Source: Eledone cirrhosa
Taxonomy: Eukaryota
NCBI GenBank assembly: GCA_964016885.1
Contig: OZ024761.1
Location: forward strand, 124,001-188,000
DNA length: 64,000 nucleotides
Direction of reading: 5' to 3'
Shown here: positions 58,652-64,000 of the stretch, in pieces
How positions within the stretch are numbered: position 1 is the stretch's first letter
How the letters are laid out: every line of letters begins with the position of its first letter
The notes under the pieces: generated by a model
Databases searched by the model: none
The model's input: the letters and a program-made list of their open reading frames with translations, nothing else
Told to the model about the DNA's origin: nothing
Position numbers and translations under genes: made by a program

Positions 58652-59781
58652 AGATCAAAAAGAGGGTTAAAAGAGTTTCAAGTATTTTATTATGCGCATT
58701 TCAAAAACAAATATCATCATGGGATGATATCTGCGTTTTCATCAGATAAAATAGGGATACATGATATGAAGCTTAAAAAACACTTGTGAATAGTGAAGTT
58801 TTAAATCAACATATGAAAAATAATTTAAGATTGATGTGTGATATTGGGAAAAAGTGAGGGGTGGTGGAAAAGGTAAGGAAGGGGAGGAGATGAGAGTAAA
58901 GAATGGTGGGGGAGGAGTAAAAGAAGGAAGGATGAGAGAGGAGGAGAGATGGGTGATAGAGAGGGAGAGATAGCCTTTACAACTGAGAAAAATATATATT
59001 GTCTCACAGAGAGAAGTTAAAAAGCCGTTGGAAGATAATAGATTATTTTAAAGAATTTTAAAAGAATTTTAAAAGTTTATGAAGAGAAAAAGGGGTTAAG
59101 AATAATGTTAAATTAAGGTTTGTATATTGAAGGGTTTAATAATATGTGCGAGGAAAAGAAATTATTTATATGTATTATTAAAATAAAAATATTAATGTTA
59201 TTAAGGATATAATGTGAAAAAAAGTAGAAGAATAAATGAGTTATGAATTTAGAGGAATTAGTTAGTGTTTAAGTTTGTTTTTATGTAATGTAATATTATT
59301 ATCTATTATCTTCCAACTGCTTTTTAACTTCTCTCTGTGAGACAATATAAATTTGTTCTTAGTTGTAAAGGCTATCTCTCTCTTTCTATCACCCATCTCT
59401 CCTCCTCTCTCATCCTTCCTTTTTATACTCTTCCCCCACCATTCTTTACTCTCATCTCCTTCTCTTCCTTACCTTTTCCACCCCCCACTTTTTCCCAATA
59501 TCATACATCAATCTTAAATTATTTTTCATATGTTGATTTAAAACTTCACTATTCACAAGTGTTTTTTAAGCTTCATATCATGTATCCCTATTTTATCTGA
59601 TGAAAACGCATATATCATCCCATGATGATATTTGTTTTTGAAATGCGCATAATAAAATACTTGGAACTCTTTTAATCATCTTTTGATCTTATATTATTTA
59701 TACTCCAGTCCTACAAACTGTAGAGTGCTACTTATCCGATATTTGCATTGCTTTATTGTGCTACAATAAAATTCACCTCCT

Positions 59782-59783
<2 letters not shown>
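58645..59783. mobile_element. Family A fold-back element with intact HHRs on both strands
   Basis: ~400-bp inverted arms; HHRs at 58683-58753 (-) and 59589-59659 (+). Confidence 0.9.
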
Positions 59784-59818
<35 letters not shown>

Positions 59819-59900
59819 AGGTAAACAGAAAAAACAACACAATCGGTACAGTATATGGAAGGGATATATTAGGTTAACGCTTGTTATAGCAGGAAGAGGG

Positions 59901-59936
59901 TCTTAACGTTTCGGACGCTAGTTCTTCATCGGAAGA
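59901..59936 (-). ncRNA. Ultra-minimal hammerhead-like motif (loopless stem III)
   Basis: tctt-CCGATGA-agaactagcgtcc-GAAA-cg-TT-aaga; part of a family also seen at 51411-51490. Confidence 0.45.
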
Positions 59937-60193
59937 AAGAATGAGAAATAAGATAGATTGAGGGGACGGGTGGGTTGTAATTGGAAAATAATGTCTTTAA
60001 CAGATTAAAGTTTAAGCAAAGAATCGCTGCTTAAATATTTGCCCTAGGGTTTTTATATATTTGATATATATTTATCCTTATCGAGCCCTCTTTGGACTTT
60101 AGTCTTCACATTTATTATTATTACTATAAATATATATATATATATATTATGGAATACTGTTGGCTTTTTGCTACAATATTTTCTATACCTTTC

Positions 60194-60287
<94 letters not shown>

Positions 60288-60554
60288 AATGGCTACCCAG
60301 CATTTCACTTCAATAAAATGTTTGTGATTATTAAAGAGATTCTTGTAAGCTTCTGTTTGTGTTTAATATATTCAACACGCAATAATTCTATTAATTACAA
60401 GCTTGAAACATATCTAATTTACACAGAAAACATTAATCTTTTAAAAGCTTATGTTGTGATAGGTTAGTTTGGTGTTTACAAGACTAATAGATGGACCTTT
60501 GAATATCTTACTACGCATATACACTCCCTCATCCCTACCCCATTTCTCTCTCTG

Positions 60555-61019
<465 letters not shown>

Positions 61020-61068
61020 TTAAGTAAGTGCCGTACTAAGAGTGAGAAATGAAATTTCGTTTCATTCT

Positions 61069-61105
<37 letters not shown>

Positions 61106-61113
61106 AAATCATA

Positions 61114-61146
<33 letters not shown>

Positions 61147-61234
61147 CCTCTTGCTTCGTTTTAGTTTCTTGTTCGTCCATTTCGCATTGTCGTGGCTTTC
61201 AAACTTCATATTTTTTATACCGATCAACGGAACA

Positions 61235-62822
61235 GCCTTCTCATTAAATTAACGTGGAAGTGATTGACAATTCCACAGACACGTGTACTCTTGACGTAGT
61301 TCTCAGGGAGATTCAGCATGACACATAATATGACAAAGCTGGCCATTGTAACTAGAGGTACAACCCATTTTTGCCAGCTGAGTGGACTGGAGCAACGGGA
61401 AACGAAGCCTCTTGCTCAAGGACACAACGCGCCGCGGGAAATCGAACTCACAACCTTACGATTGTAAACCGAACCACAAAACCACGCACCTTGGCAGTAT
61501 CGGTAGAGGGTTGGACACCATGGTTTGCAGCATGGAGTTACGGGCCTTTACGATCTGAGTTCAAATCCCGCCGAGGTTAACTTTGCCTTTCATCCTTACG
61601 GGGTCGATAAAATAAAGTACCAGTAATGCACTGGCATAATTGCTGGTAGAAACAATTATTATTAGAGCGGTAGATTAACCTAATAATTAAACTGTTGGCT
61701 AGAAGGCTTTACCATATTTGTTCAGATTCTCTGGGTTCAGAGTTCAAATCCCAGGAAAGTCAACTTTATTTTATCGACTCTGGAAGGATGAAAGGTAAAG
61801 TACGAATTCCATTGTAGCTCAACCAGAAATCATTATTTCTGAGTTCAGGGCGGTGGATTGGCAGTATCGGTAGAGGGTCGGACGCCATGCTTTCCAGCAT
61901 AGTTACGTCCCTTTACAATCTGAATTCTCATCCCGCCGAGGTTGACTTTACCTTTCATCCTTACGGGGTCGATAAAATAAAGTACCAGTAATACACTGGG
62001 TAATTGCTGGCCTTGTGCCTAAAGTAGAAACACTTATTTCTGAGTTCAGGGAGGTGGATTGGCAGTATCGGTAGAGGGTCGGACGCCATGCTGTGCAGCA
62101 AAGAGTTACAGCCCTTTATGGTCTGAGTTCAATTCCCGCCGAGGTTAACTTTGCCTTTCATCCTTACGGATAGAATAAAGTACCAGTATTACACTGGGAT
62201 AATTGCTGGCCTTGTGCCAAAAAGTAGAAACAATTATTTCTAAGTTCAAATCCAACCGAGGAAGCTTTGTCTTTCATCCATACGAGGTCGATAAAATAAA
62301 GTACCAGTAACGTACTAGGGTCAATTTAATCGACTTTCCCTTTCTCAAAAATTGTTGATCTTGTGCCTAAATCAGAAATCATTTTTTAAATTTGCTTTTA
62401 CACATTTCTATGTTGTTGTTATAACCTTTTTACACGGCCCAAACCCACCTTGTATCGCCCTGTACCATTCTGTGCCATCTGTAATGTTTTTCTTTGTTAG
62501 CCCTTGTGGCTTATATTTGCCTCTCATCTTAAGAAGGTCGATAAAATAAAGTACCAGTAATACACTGACTAGACTTAATCAACTTTCCCCTCCCCCAAAA
62601 TTGTTGGCCTTGTGCCTAAAGTATAAACCATTATTTGGATTGGCAGTGTCGGTAGAGCGTCGGACACTATGTTTGGTTGCATAAAGTGACAGTCCTTTAC
62701 GTTCTGAGTTCAAATCCCATCGAGGGTAGCTTTGCTTTTCATCCTTACGGGGTCGATAAAATAAAGTACCAGTAATCAATTTTTCCTTCCACCAAAATTG
62801 TTGGCCTTGTGCCTACATCATT
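61235..62822. mobile_element. SINE cluster: one minus-strand tRNA SINE (61235-61490) and a tandem array of ~7 octopus-type SINE units
   Basis: Repeated GAGTTCAAATCCCGCCGAGG..CATCCTTACGGGGTCGATAAAATAAAGTACCAG, ~200-bp period at 61848/62048. Confidence 0.85.
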
Positions 62823-62938
62823 ATTATTTTATATAGGAATTGCACCTTAAATTCTCTCGATAAAGAAATATTTACAGAACACATGTATTGAGTTCTATAT
62901 ATCCTCGAGATAACCATTTTTAGTGTGTGTGAGAGAGA

Positions 62939-62974
<36 letters not shown>

Positions 62975-63321
62975 AGGGAGGGAGAAACACCTATACCTGT
63001 TTCACACAGCAAATCATGAAGTTATCGGAAATAAAATTTTAAATGAAAATTAATATGAAAGACAGATAAAAGGAGAAACCGAGAGTGTAGGGGGTACAAG
63101 AAAGACGACGAAAGACAAAAGACAAAGAGAAAGAAAGGTGGTATGGTGGTCGTGATGTTGGTGGTGGTGGTGGTGGTGTGTGTGTGTGTGTGTGTGGCGG
63201 GGGGGGGGGGTAAGACAAAAAAAAAGAAAGAAATACGGAGAGAGAGAGATAAAGGGCGAGAGAGAGAAAGACTTTGGGATAAAACAGAGAATGAGTGAAA
63301 TAAAATAACAACAATAATAGC

Positions 63322-63355
<34 letters not shown>

Positions 63356-63689
63356 GTAATAATAATAATATTAATAATATAAAAAATATATATAAAATCT
63401 GAAAAGCATTGTTCAAAGCCGAAGGAAATATAATTTATACAGATTGCATAGAAGATAACCAATATGAAAAGAGTTTTTTACATATATACAAAAATATCGT
63501 ATGGTTGTTTGGTTGATTTTTGTTATAGTTGTTGTTGCTGTTGTTGTTGTCTTGTTTCTCAGTGATACATATTGGCAAATTCAATGGCAGTCGGCTCTCT
63601 GTTCAATCTAAGTCGTATGTTCGCTTACAGTCAGACTAAAATAGAATATGTATGTATATGTGTGCGAGTGTATATATATATATCTATAT

Positions 63690-63867
63690 CTATATATCGA
63701 AAATGATTTGAAGAACAAAAAATATATAAATCACTGATCGTTGATATATGCATATGTATATATATATATATATATATAATATAAGATATATATACATACA
63801 TATATGCATATATCAACGATCTATGCAGTATATATATTTTTTGTTTCGTTATTTTTAAAATTATTTT

Positions 63868-63875
<8 letters not shown>
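63690..63875. repeat. Imperfect fold-back
   Basis: GATCGTTGATATATGCATAT / ATATGCATATATCAACGATC with degenerate outer arms. Confidence 0.65.
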
Positions 63876-63934
<59 letters not shown>

Positions 63935-64000
63935 CGTCTGTGCGCGTGTATATATACATATATGTGTTTGTATATATATATATATATATATATATATGTA

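Overview
AT-rich, microsatellite-dense eukaryotic DNA. The SINE families and repeat landscape resemble an octopus/cephalopod genome (inference). No complete host gene is visible, and nearly all ORF-track entries are translations of simple repeats. The first 17 kb is satellite DNA, including a 10.5-kb array of the 15-mer AACAACATCACTATC with a 2961-bp higher-order duplication. From 17 to 61 kb the (TA)n tracts are packed with Penelope-like element (PLE) material: three decayed RT and/or GIY-YIG coding remnants (one Naiad-like, one Nematis-like, one unassigned) and many short non-coding fold-back elements built from PLE pseudo-LTRs. Reading both strands by eye gives more than 20 minimal type-I hammerhead ribozyme (HHR) motifs in about 10 sequence families. 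Many sit on both arms of a hairpin, one per strand. At least three families have a compensatory U3-A8 core (TTGAWAA) instead of C3-G8. Also present are two Helitron remnants, an RTE-like LINE remnant and tRNA-derived SINEs. All coordinates were read by eye and may be a few bases off.
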